A stretch of DNA of 64,000 nt from a virus: positions 1 through 64,000 of IMG/VR virus record IMGVR_UViG_3300029455_000002; one strand, given 5' to 3'. Position numbers and translations under genes: made by a program. Shown piece after piece: positions 45,101 to 54,114 of this stretch. A model generated the notes under the pieces. That model did no database searches. It saw nothing but the letters and a program-made list of their open reading frames with translations, and was not told the origin of the DNA. Every line of letters begins with the position of its first letter. Positions within the stretch are counted from its first letter, which is position 1.

Positions 45101-47110
45101 ATGGCATTAACGGCAAAAAAAGTATACGCAATTTTAAAACGCCAGATTTCCGATATGGAGTCAAAAATAAAAACACCTGTCATATATAAAGGAACCGTTA
45201 CGACAGCTGATTTGCTTCCACTAAATCCAAGTATCGGTGATATGTACAATATTGAACAGAAATCAATATATGGCGAAGCAGGAATGAATGTGGCATGGAA
45301 CGGCGTAGTTTGGGACACCATGGGAGCACCGATTGATATGTCACTTTATATTAAATCTGATGAATTGGCAGATTGGGTAAAACAGCAGAACAAGCCAACA
45401 TATACGGCTGAAGAAGTGGGGGCATTGCCCGCAGATACAAAGATACCAACAAAAGTCAGTGAACTAGAAAATGATTCAGAATTTCTTTCCGGAACAGATA
45501 AGACCCTGAGCGTATCTGGAAAGGCTGCGGATGCAGCAACTGTAGGCGAACAGTTAGAAAAGATAACAGAAATATTAAATAGTGCTTCAAGCATTGAAAA
45601 CGCACTTTCAAATTTCTTCGCCCTCCGCAGAACAGGAAAAGTCTACACAACCAGAATCTACAAGTATGACACATCCACCAGCCCGACAGGAGTGAAAATG
45701 AATGACAATGAAGGACTGGTGAGAAAACCGTCTACAAATACAGTGATTGGACAGGATGATTACAGGGAAATTGGCGTATTCATGCACTTTCCATGTAATT
45801 TTACCGTAGATGATAAAGGTTTTAACCATGTGACTGCACTGCAGGGACAGCCGGATTTTAAAAAGACCGGAAAAGTAGATGTGGGAGAGGTTACAATGTC
45901 CGCGTGGGTTGGCATCACAGACAATCCTGAGTATGTAGATTATCATTACTCAGACAGTCCGAACGAAGCCCTTGGCCTTAGACCAATGGGAGAGTCAATT
46001 AATCCGGACGGAACAATATCACCTTTTATGATTCATGGAAAATACGGGGCAGGAGACATTGATGGAGTGCCGTACAGCTCCGCAGGGCTGATTCTGGCAA
46101 ACGGAAGCCAGAAAGGAGGAAAACCAGTATCACATACAGGACTGATCGCATACATGAGAAAGAAAGGCTCAATGTACGTGGGGACAACAAACTGGGATCT
46201 CTTTTACAAACAGCTTATGATGATTATTTTGTACGCAACTACGAACAGCCGGAGCGTTATGACCGGATGTAATTCTTATACATCACAGGAAATGGCAACA
46301 GTTGCAGAAACCGGAGTAACAAGAGTAATTCTACCAAAAGCAAAAGCAAACAATTATATTGTTGGGTCTTATGTATCTGTCGGGGATATTGGTTCAAATA
46401 CAAATAAAGGTAGATATTACGCATACATGCACAACCTCGCATATGACGTGAAGATCTTGAAGATTGAACCGGTAGACGATACAAATTCTGCAATATATTT
46501 GGACACAGAACCATTCAACACGACATTAACGACCTGCATCTCAACAATGCCATGGCGGACCGGCTCAACCGACAGCGTGCTTGGATCAGATGGATCACCG
46601 TTCTCAAATACAGATAACAAGAATCCATTCAAGATCCAGGGAATCGAAACCGGATACGGTGCTTATGAAGTCCTCAGTAATGTATTCATGGATATTGTTA
46701 CAGATGAAGACGGAACACCAAAGAGAGACGTATACATCTGTATGGATGCGTCACTGCTTACAACGGATATGAATGCAGCAAAGACACGATACAAGAAAGT
46801 AGCGGCTCAGGTAACATACACAGCAGCATCATGGAAATACATCTCAAAATGCTTTGTTGATCCAGCACTGGGAATTATGGTACCGACGGAAGCAAAAGCT
46901 GGAAGTACAACAGGATTCTGCAATGGACTGTATACAGATTCAGGCACGAGCGGCCAAAGAGAATGGCTGTCCCTGGGCGGTCTGGACGATGGCACGTTTT
47001 GCGGCCTCTGGCTTCTGCATGCGCACTATGGCGTTGGCGATGCGTACTGGGCTATCGTCTCCGGCGTTTCGCCGAACGGCACACGGGGTGAATGGCAGGC
47101 GGCAGCCTGA
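45101..47110 (+). CDS. DGR target protein: fibre/receptor-binding-like, with a C-terminal variable (CLec-type) region
   Basis: ATG 45101 follows AAGGAG. 669 aa. The last 49 codons contain the VR, ending ...WLSLGGLDDGTFCGLWLLHAHYGVGDAYWAIVSG.... Confidence 0.8.
   Translation: MALTAKKVYAILKRQISDMESKIKTPVIYKGTVTTADLLPLNPSIGDMYNIEQKSIYGEAGMNVAWNGVVWDTMGAPIDMSLYIKSDELADWVKQQNKPTYTAEEVGALPADTKIPTKVSELENDSEFLSGTDKTLSVSGKAADAATVGEQLEKITEILNSASSIENALSNFFALRRTGKVYTTRIYKYDTSTSPTGVKMNDNEGLVRKPSTNTVIGQDDYREIGVFMHFPCNFTVDDKGFNHVTALQGQPDFKKTGKVDVGEVTMSAWVGITDNPEYVDYHYSDSPNEALGLRPMGESINPDGTISPFMIHGKYGAGDIDGVPYSSAGLILANGSQKGGKPVSHTGLIAYMRKKGSMYVGTTNWDLFYKQLMMIILYATTNSRSVMTGCNSYTSQEMATVAETGVTRVILPKAKANNYIVGSYVSVGDIGSNTNKGRYYAYMHNLAYDVKILKIEPVDDTNSAIYLDTEPFNTTLTTCISTMPWRTGSTDSVLGSDGSPFSNTDNKNPFKIQGIETGYGAYEVLSNVFMDIVTDEDGTPKRDVYICMDASLLTTDMNAAKTRYKKVAAQVTYTAASWKYISKCFVDPALGIMVPTEAKAGSTTGFCNGLYTDSGTSGQREWLSLGGLDDGTFCGLWLLHAHYGVGDAYWAIVSGVSPNGTRGEWQAAA
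46964..47064 (+). repeat. DGR variable repeat (VR)
   Basis: 101-nt gapless match to 47215-47315. All 13 mismatches are at template adenines. Confidence 0.9.
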
Positions 47111-47111
47111 C

Positions 47112-47129
47112 AGAGGGGCTGTCCCCTCT
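47112..47129 (+). other. GC-rich hairpin just after the target stop codon (DGR-associated hairpin candidate)
   Basis: AGAGGGG-CTGT-CCCCTCT: 7-bp stem, 4-nt loop. Confidence 0.5.
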
Positions 47130-47214
47130 ATGTAACTGATAACTAATCAACTTCGAAAAAGCAGAATAGCAATAAATTACGGACTTGTAACACGAGGTAG
47201 CGGTTCCTGTTCCC

Positions 47215-47315
47215 TGGCTGTCCCTGGGCAATCTGGACAATGGCACGATTTACGGCCTCTGGATTCTGAATGCGAACAATGGCGTTGGCAATGCGAACTG
47301 GAATATCGTCTCCGG
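47215..47315 (+). repeat. DGR template repeat (TR)
   Basis: Holds 22 adenines, 13 of which are substituted in the VR. In the VR frame it encodes AAT/AAC at 8 of the 11 varied codons. Confidence 0.9.
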
Positions 47316-47520
47316 ATTTTCTTGAAAATGATTTGATATTTGTGTTACATTTCGCTCCGCAGGACGGAGCCTGCAACAGCAGCGTGGGGCATCACCGAAA
47401 TTTGATTGAAGCCGAACCTTGTGATCGGGAGCATAGGGGCCTGAGACAAGGACCATGAATGCAGTTGATTCATGTGTGGGGTGAGTAGAAAAACCGAAAA
47501 CCCCTTATATCAAGAAACGA

Positions 47521-48750
47521 ATGAAACGGTATTGTAAAAACATAACATTAGATCAGAATTTTATAACCGCATGTATCTACGAATGTCTAAGCGATAAATG
47601 GAACCGTATGGATACAGCCAGATTTCTGGCAAACTATACGAATATCATTACAGCCAGGCAGATACACAGGATTATAAAAGAAAACCTTAAAGACTGGTTG
47701 CATAATTTAGTCTGCACAGCAGCGGCAGGACTGGAAGAAGAAATAAAACTTAGAAAAGTATCTTTTGATCCTATAGAGACAAGCGCAAGACTGGATGGAA
47801 ATTCAGGAAAAGTAAGAGATATAGGCGTTGAGTGCATAAAACAGCAGATATACGATTATGTAGTCACAAACGGCTTAAAAGAATTAATTGTAAGAAAAGT
47901 AGGAACTTATCAATGTGCGAGCATTCCAGGGAGAGGACAGATCTATGGAAAAGAAGCAATTGAAAATTGGATCCGCAAGAATCCGGGCAAGACCAGAGTA
48001 GCAGCAAAGGGAGATGTCCGGAAATGCTATCCATCCATCAACAGGAGAAAATTGAAAAGAATGTTAGAGAAGCAGGTCAGAAATGAGGACCTGCTTTATT
48101 TGACTTTCGTTTTAATTGACTCATTCGATCAGGGGCTGTCAATCGGATCATACTTGAGCCAATGGCTCTGTAATTATTATCTGAGTGCAGCTTATCATTA
48201 TACTGCTGAAAAGCTGTTCAAGAGGAAGAAACACCGAGACGGAACAACAGAAGAAATCAGGCTGATTAATCATGTATTGTTCTACATGGACGACTTCCTA
48301 CTGATCGGAAGCAGAAAGGCAGATGTGAGAAAAGCAATGAAACTCCTGATTAAATACATGAATGAGTATTTAGATCTGACGGTAAAATCAGACTGGAAGC
48401 TGTTCCAGATCGACTGGATAGACAAAGAGGGAAAACATCATGGAGAACCTATTGATATGATGGGATTCAAAATATATCGGGACCACACAGAGGTAAGGCG
48501 GAGCATTTTCCTGAGAGGACGCAGGACGTTTGTAAAAGCCGGGAAATATGCGGAGAAAGGAAAAGCGATACCATTAGATCTTGCGTACCGGTGCATAGCA
48601 TATTACGGATGGTTCAAACATTTCGATTCTGAATATTTCAGAGAAAAGTATAACGTAGATAAGATCTTTGAGAAAGCGAAAAGGAGGGTAAGTCGTGAAA
48701 GCAAGATTTACAGAAAAGCAGGATTCTGTAACCTGGAATGTGCTGCCTGA
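47521..48750 (+). CDS. DGR reverse transcriptase
   Basis: LFYMDDFLLIG (YxDD box), SIGSYLSQWLCNYYL (DGR-type motif 4) and IPGRG. 409 aa, immediately downstream of the TR. Confidence 0.9.
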   Translation: MKRYCKNITLDQNFITACIYECLSDKWNRMDTARFLANYTNIITARQIHRIIKENLKDWLHNLVCTAAAGLEEEIKLRKVSFDPIETSARLDGNSGKVRDIGVECIKQQIYDYVVTNGLKELIVRKVGTYQCASIPGRGQIYGKEAIENWIRKNPGKTRVAAKGDVRKCYPSINRRKLKRMLEKQVRNEDLLYLTFVLIDSFDQGLSIGSYLSQWLCNYYLSAAYHYTAEKLFKRKKHRDGTTEEIRLINHVLFYMDDFLLIGSRKADVRKAMKLLIKYMNEYLDLTVKSDWKLFQIDWIDKEGKHHGEPIDMMGFKIYRDHTEVRRSIFLRGRRTFVKAGKYAEKGKAIPLDLAYRCIAYYGWFKHFDSEYFREKYNVDKIFEKAKRRVSRESKIYRKAGFCNLECAA

Positions 48751-49036
48751 TGGAAACGTGGATGTAATGATATGTCTGAATGAAAAGACTGTTACAGAAA
48801 CTTATCCGGATACAGATCCGGAGACAGAACAGACAGTATTCGAATATGATTTTAACCAGTTCCGGGAAAGACAGGAGAAGATCTCAGAGGAAACTGTAAG
48901 AGCATCACCGGAAAAATATCTGAAATATATTCCGGAGAAAGAAAAAAGCACTGAACAGAAATTTGCAGAGCAGGCAGAACAGATCGAAATGTTGAAAGAC
49001 TGCCTGCTGGAAATGAGTGAACAGGTTTATGCGTAG
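48695..49036 (+). CDS. XkdW-like tail-fibre-region protein
   Basis: GTG follows AGGAGGG. Acidic, with a C-terminal ...IEMLKDCLLEMSEQVYA. Overlaps the RT 3' end by 56 nt. Confidence 0.4.
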   Translation: MKARFTEKQDSVTWNVLPDGNVDVMICLNEKTVTETYPDTDPETEQTVFEYDFNQFRERQEKISEETVRASPEKYLKYIPEKEKSTEQKFAEQAEQIEMLKDCLLEMSEQVYA

Positions 49037-49076
49037 AAATTTAATTATTTTATTGTTAAGCAAAGGAGACAAAGAA

Positions 49077-49223
49077 ATGATGGCGAAATTATGGGCGAGT
49101 GAAATTTTAAGCAAAGAAACTATTGAGGAAGCAAAAAAGGAATACAACAGAGTTCCACGCCTGTTAAAAGAAAAGGTAAAGAAGCTTCTCATTGACGCAG
49201 GTATGGAGGAAATTACTGAATAA
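49077..49223 (+). CDS. XkdX-like small protein
   Basis: 48 aa. ATG follows AAAGGAGA. Confidence 0.3.
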   Translation: MMAKLWASEILSKETIEEAKKEYNRVPRLLKEKVKKLLIDAGMEEITE

Positions 49224-49361
49224 ATGACGAAACTTCAGATCATAAGAGGGTTTTAGTTAAGCAATTCGCAAAATTACAAAAGAAAAGATAGAAAATCTCT
49301 CAATTCTTACAAAGGAAGAAAAAGATTATATTTTGAATTGATAAGTGAAAGGAGAACTATT

Positions 49362-50372
49362 ATGGCAGTTGCACAAAATACAGTAATCATTGATGATGTA
49401 GAATACAAGCCAGGCGAACAACTTCCGGAACTTGGCAGCATTCACCGAGTTTTCAAAGATGGTGGTAAACGTCATTATGAAGGACTTGCGAAAGATTCAG
49501 ACAAGCTTCCTCTGTACGTTGCTAACAATTCATCATGTTTTATGACCGATACAGGAGAGTATTACAAATTTGATGAGAGTAAGAAATTGTGGTATAAACC
49601 TGATAAGATCGAACAAAGCAAAGTAACACCGATTGAAGTATATGGCGTTCTTAATGGAAAAATCAAACAGGTCTCAGAGGACGTAGAGGGAATTGCAACA
49701 CCACTTTTATACAAAGGTTCAGTATCAGACATTTCACAACTTCCGTTATCTCCTAAGATTGGATGGATGTATAACATATCTGAAAAATCTATTTATGGAG
49801 AGGCAGGTATGAATGTCGCATGGACAGGAGAAATATGGGACGCTCTTGGACCGGCTATTGATATGGCACCATACTTGAGAGAGGATTCCGAGATCATAAC
49901 ATCCTTGAAAACCAAAACGGAAAATCTGGAATCTGCGAATTACACCGACAGAGGTACATTAGCTGATACTGACGCATTTCTGATCAATGACGGTACAGGA
50001 ATGAAAAAGAGTGTGCTGAGCAAGCTGTCAGACTTTGTCCTTAATAAAATCGCCGATAAAGTGTTTGCAAAGCTTCAAACGAACGACAAAACAATTCTGG
50101 GAGCGATTAATGAATTAAATAGTAAGGCTCTGATGACTTATGTTGGCAAAAAAGCAACAAATGAAGATGGTGTAATTCCCATAAATAATATAATTTCTGG
50201 AGTGTCAATAAAAAACGTTATTAATGCAAAAGCATATATTTCCGATGGAAATAAAAATATTTACTCAAGGCTATACTCGTACAACTCTTATGCTTATATA
50301 TTGGTCACTGACTACGAAGGCAATCGATTTAAAAACACAGAATTAAATGTTGTAGTGCTTTATACAAAATAG
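49362..50372 (+). CDS. fibre paralog without a VR
   Basis: The N-terminal ~190 aa align with 44845-45087 plus the first ~90 aa of the DGR target (for example SIYGEAGMNVAW in both). The C-terminus is unrelated. Confidence 0.6.
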   Translation: MAVAQNTVIIDDVEYKPGEQLPELGSIHRVFKDGGKRHYEGLAKDSDKLPLYVANNSSCFMTDTGEYYKFDESKKLWYKPDKIEQSKVTPIEVYGVLNGKIKQVSEDVEGIATPLLYKGSVSDISQLPLSPKIGWMYNISEKSIYGEAGMNVAWTGEIWDALGPAIDMAPYLREDSEIITSLKTKTENLESANYTDRGTLADTDAFLINDGTGMKKSVLSKLSDFVLNKIADKVFAKLQTNDKTILGAINELNSKALMTYVGKKATNEDGVIPINNIISGVSIKNVINAKAYISDGNKNIYSRLYSYNSYAYILVTDYEGNRFKNTELNVVVLYTK

Positions 50373-50650
50373 TAACTGCCTGGTATCCGTCGATGCTGAT
50401 TCAGAGAATATAAATTTGAGGATCAAAAAAATTTACTATTGCCATTTAATTCATTAAAATTCTTAAAACTTTTGTAAAAAGTTCTACCTGTTATAATGAA
50501 ACCGTGCTATAATTTCTATAACAGAATACAAAAAAAGAGGAGCTGGACTCCCGTCTACCAAACAAAAAGTCCAACTCCAAGCACCACAAAGGGTACAGGT
50601 ATATTATAACACGGTACCCTCCCTTTGTGAACCCAAAAGGAGGGTTTTTT

Positions 50651-51637
50651 ATGGAAAATTTCGCAACAGAGTTTATGACCAAGTTAGACGGAAAGTTATC
50701 CCCAGAACAGATGAAGACAGTTCTGGCAGAATTGGAAATGTTTTCTGCAAATTTTGATATTGAGAAAAAGCAGACAAACATTGTCCCGTATCAGGGCTGT
50801 GTACCAGAGTGCTATAAGGTTTACCTTGTCTCTAAAAAGATAGAGGGAATGTCGCCGCAGTCTCTAGTGACTTATAAATGTAATCTTGATGATTTCTTTC
50901 GTTCAGTCAATAAGCCACTGGCCCAGATCACTACAAACGATATAAGGCTGTACTTGTATAGCTTGTCAGAAAGAAATACGAATCGAACGATTGACGGGAA
51001 GAGGCTTATCATTCATACTTTCTTCGACTGGTGCGTAAAAGAGGAGTATCTTGCAAAGAATCCGTGCAGTCGAATTAATCCGATTAAATTCGAGGTAAAG
51101 CCGAGGGAGCCGCTTGACGATATTGAGTTAGAATTGGTCAGAGATGCTTGCAAAGATTACCGTGAACGTGCGATTATCGAACTTTTTTATAGCACCGGTT
51201 GCCGTGTATCAGAGATGGTGGTCCTGAAGAAGTCAGATATTGACTTTCAGACTAAAGAAGTGCATCTATTTGGAAAGGGAAGTAAGCATCGCATATCTTA
51301 TATCAACGCTAGGGCAGAAGTGGCATTGAAAAAGTACTGGTTTACTAGAGATGACTGTTGCGACAGTGCAATAGCAACTATTCACAAACCGTACAGAGGA
51401 GTCACAAAGACACAACTGGAACAGATTGTAAGAAAAATTGGGGAAAGGTCGGAAATCGGAAGAAACTTATACCCACACCTTATCCGCCATACAACTGCCA
51501 GCTCAGCTCTTGAAAGAGGTATGAATGTTACGGACCTGCAAAAGATGCTGGGACACGAGAAACTTGATACAACTATGATTTATGCAAAGGTTAATCAAGA
51601 GTCGGTCAGATACAATCATCATAAATACGTCATTTAA
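50651..51637 (+). CDS. XerC/XerD-like tyrosine recombinase
   Basis: SAM-like N-domain, then ...TGCRVSE..., HLIRHTTAS and LGHEKLDTTMIYAKV (R, HxxR, H, Y). Confidence 0.85.
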   Translation: MENFATEFMTKLDGKLSPEQMKTVLAELEMFSANFDIEKKQTNIVPYQGCVPECYKVYLVSKKIEGMSPQSLVTYKCNLDDFFRSVNKPLAQITTNDIRLYLYSLSERNTNRTIDGKRLIIHTFFDWCVKEEYLAKNPCSRINPIKFEVKPREPLDDIELELVRDACKDYRERAIIELFYSTGCRVSEMVVLKKSDIDFQTKEVHLFGKGSKHRISYINARAEVALKKYWFTRDDCCDSAIATIHKPYRGVTKTQLEQIVRKIGERSEIGRNLYPHLIRHTTASSALERGMNVTDLQKMLGHEKLDTTMIYAKVNQESVRYNHHKYVI

Positions 51638-51647
51638 GGAGAACTAT

Positions 51648-52046
51648 ATGAGAGGATTAAAACGTCAAAAGCAAACAATATACTGGTCTAGGGTGACAGA
51701 AGAACTTGACGGAATAGACACAATCAAGAAATATCAGAATCCAGAACTGCATTGTCTATCCGTGTCAGCAACAGCCGGAACGCCGGAAGAATTATCTGCC
51801 GGGTACGTCCCGGACTATGACAGATACATCACAAATTTTGACCGTAGCTTTAAACCGCAGATTGCAGATGTGTTCTGGATAGACTGCAAACCGGAATTGA
51901 ACGAATCTGGAGAACTTATTTTGAATGAATCTGGAGCGCCTACAGTCCCACCAGATTACCGTCTAAAAAAGATTCTTGATACCCAAAGAGGGAATGTGGC
52001 ACGGTATGGTATCAAATATATAGGAGATGGCTCAGATGGCGAATAA
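51648..52046 (+). CDS. putative head-tail joining protein
   Basis: 132 aa. The call rests only on its position before the gp10-like gene. Confidence 0.3.
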   Translation: MRGLKRQKQTIYWSRVTEELDGIDTIKKYQNPELHCLSVSATAGTPEELSAGYVPDYDRYITNFDRSFKPQIADVFWIDCKPELNESGELILNESGAPTVPPDYRLKKILDTQRGNVARYGIKYIGDGSDGE

Positions 52047-52554
52047 GAGCATTAAAATGGAACTGTCACATAAATCTATACAGGATACAATAAAACAGCT
52101 CAGAGCGTATCAGAAGTCGCTTGCAAGCAAGAATGAAGAGTTTGTCCGCAGGCTGGCAGAACTTGGAATCCCGGTCATAGATGAAAATATAGCATTGGCG
52201 CAAGGCGATTCTGACAAAAGTCATAACACCTATATCAGAATCAATAACTTTGGCGGCTATTCTCAGGCAACGCTTGTGTGCGAAGGCTCTGACCTCTTGT
52301 TCATTGAGTTCGGGTCGGGTATTTCGTACAACACTCCGGCAGGAACCAGCCCACATCCTAAGGGACAAGATTTTGGTTATACAATCGGTTCGTACGGGCA
52401 AGGGAACGGAAAGAATGAATCGTGGGTTTATTATTCCGATTCTGGCGAATGGGTACGCTCTTATGGTACCGAAGCCACTATGCCGGTATATAAGGCAAGC
52501 GTGAAAATCATGCAAAACATCAGAAAAATTGCAAAAGAAGTTTTCGGTTCATGA
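52027..52554 (+). CDS. HK97 gp10-like tail/neck component
   Basis: LLFIEFGSGISY and GTEATMPVYKA motifs. Confidence 0.5.
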   Translation: MAQMANKSIKMELSHKSIQDTIKQLRAYQKSLASKNEEFVRRLAELGIPVIDENIALAQGDSDKSHNTYIRINNFGGYSQATLVCEGSDLLFIEFGSGISYNTPAGTSPHPKGQDFGYTIGSYGQGNGKNESWVYYSDSGEWVRSYGTEATMPVYKASVKIMQNIRKIAKEVFGS

Positions 52555-52570
52555 AGAAATATGAATATGC

Positions 52571-52687
52571 TATGCAATCATATGGAATCATATTCATTAA
52601 AGATGATATACTGTAACATATAAAAGCATCTGTCAAAACGACAGGTGCTTTTTTCATGCAAAAAACATAGAAAAGGAGAATGTAAGC
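52571..52687 (+). promoter_or_regulatory. late regulatory cassette, copy B
   Basis: Identical 24-mer at 52571-52594, GGAATC at 52584-52589, TATACT at 52607-52612, and hairpin AAGCATCTGTC-AAAAC-GACAGGTGCTT at 52624-52650 plus a T-run. Confidence 0.5.
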
Positions 52688-53362
52688 ATGTTTGTAGGAA
52701 CAATTGTCATCCAAAAAGTAGAAAGAAGTGTTGTTACTAGCCTTGATGTTGCAGAAACTTTTGAAAAAGAGCATAGCAAGGTTTTAAGAGATATACGAGA
52801 GCTTGAATGTTCCGAAGATTTTCGACTATCCAATTTTGGACAGTCCTCTTATATCAATTTGCAAGGTAAAAAAATGCCGATGTATTACATGACAAGAGAC
52901 GGATTTACGCTTGTTGCTATGGGATATACCGGTGAAAAAGCAATGAAGTTTAAAGAGGGATATATTCGCCAGTTCAATGAAATGGAAAAACTTCTTATTG
53001 GTAAAATCAGAGAACGAGACAAAGGCATTGCAGTAAGACAGGCATTGACCAATGCGCTTAAAGAATCACAAGAAAATGAGAGAATGCATGGTCATGCATA
53101 TTCGACATATACAGATATGGTATATCGCACATTGTTTGGTAAAACTGCAAAACAGCTTAGAGAAGAAAAAGGAATTTCTACTAAAGACAATCTAAGAGAT
53201 TTCCTCACCGAAGAAGAATTGAAATCAGTTCAATCAAAAGAAATGCTTGTTAGCGGATTGGTTGATTGTGGATGGGGATATTCTCAAATAAGAGATTTCC
53301 TTAAAGATCAGTTTCAAAATATGTTAGAACAGGCAGGAGGATTCTATGCCAGACGCGATTAA
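52688..53362 (+). CDS. Rha-family phage regulatory protein
   Basis: VVTSLDVAETFEKEHSKVLRDIREL...MTRDGFTLVAMGYTGEKAMKFKEGYIRQFNEME. Confidence 0.7.
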   Translation: MFVGTIVIQKVERSVVTSLDVAETFEKEHSKVLRDIRELECSEDFRLSNFGQSSYINLQGKKMPMYYMTRDGFTLVAMGYTGEKAMKFKEGYIRQFNEMEKLLIGKIRERDKGIAVRQALTNALKESQENERMHGHAYSTYTDMVYRTLFGKTAKQLREEKGISTKDNLRDFLTEEELKSVQSKEMLVSGLVDCGWGYSQIRDFLKDQFQNMLEQAGGFYARRD

Positions 53363-53753
53363 CAACCCGGTATCAGAAGTATTTTCACGATGGGGCAACT
53401 CAATTCAACCAACAGTCGGCAAAGGCAATTTTTCCATGGAAAAAAGCCAGACAATAGCATCTGGAAAAACGAAATACGCCAGATTGTTCATGATGGGGAA
53501 TCCCACGCAGTCAACAAGTCTTGAAGGTCACGAATGCGCAACAATTCTTTCGTTTCAAGTGGAAAGTTACGCATCTGGGACAAAGGCTTTATCGACTGCA
53601 TATGAAATCGACAGCAAGAGTCATCAGGCTATGGTTTCAATGGGATTTCGCCGGACATACGGGCCAGAAGAGGTTGCAAACTCTGAAAAGAGTTTTAAAC
53701 GAATTATAAGCCGGTACAGCAGAATTTACACCGGGCAATTATTGGAAGCGTAA
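53346..53753 (+). CDS. putative tail completion protein
   Basis: The call rests on position only. Confidence 0.3.
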   Translation: MPDAINNPVSEVFSRWGNSIQPTVGKGNFSMEKSQTIASGKTKYARLFMMGNPTQSTSLEGHECATILSFQVESYASGTKALSTAYEIDSKSHQAMVSMGFRRTYGPEEVANSEKSFKRIISRYSRIYTGQLLEA

Positions 53754-53796
53754 CAGCTTCTATTTTTTATACCAAAAAGAAAGGGGTGTGTCCTAT

Positions 53797-54009
53797 ATGA
53801 GTAAAGATAAATTACAATGGCTGAAAGCTGCGGGAATCAGAGCTGTTAAGACAATTGCTCAGACAGCAGTTGCAACAATCGGAACCGCGACAGTCCTTGG
53901 AAGCGTTGACTGGAAGATGGTCGTATCCGCGTCCGTTCTTTCCGGCGTTTTATCCTTGCTTACATCTGTAGCAGGGCTTCCAGAACTGAAAACAGGCACA
54001 GATGAATAG
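53797..54009 (+). CDS. holin (two TM segments)
   Basis: IRAVKTIAQTAVATIGTATVLG and VVSASVLSGVLSLLTSVAGL. Confidence 0.6.
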   Translation: MSKDKLQWLKAAGIRAVKTIAQTAVATIGTATVLGSVDWKMVVSASVLSGVLSLLTSVAGLPELKTGTDE

Positions 54010-54054
54010 AAAGGACGGTGATCCTTTTATCTCCCGGATGCAGGGTTACGCATC

Positions 54055-54076
54055 AGAGCCGTGTGGCTCTTTTTTA
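54055..54076 (+). terminator. intrinsic terminator
   Basis: AGAGCC-GTGT-GGCTCT followed by T6. Confidence 0.65.
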
Positions 54077-54114
54077 TTGTGATTTTATAGCTGAAAAGCA
54101 GAAAGGAGCCGAAT

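Noticed and set aside
47143-47458. Small ORFs on both strands over the TR and the TR-RT spacer.
   Set aside because: They overlap the template repeat and its structured spacer, have no RBS, and partly mirror the VR coding sequence.
48695-49036. The 113-aa ORF after the RT as the missing Avd accessory protein.
   Set aside because: It is acidic and resembles XkdW-type fibre-region proteins. It does not look like a basic four-helix-bundle protein. Only a structure search could settle this.
49362-51637. A shufflon- or invertase-type fibre switching system driven by the adjacent tyrosine recombinase.
   Set aside because: I found no inverted copies of fibre 3' segments on the opposite strand and no inverted crossover sites by eye. 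The idea is kept only as part of the island hypothesis.
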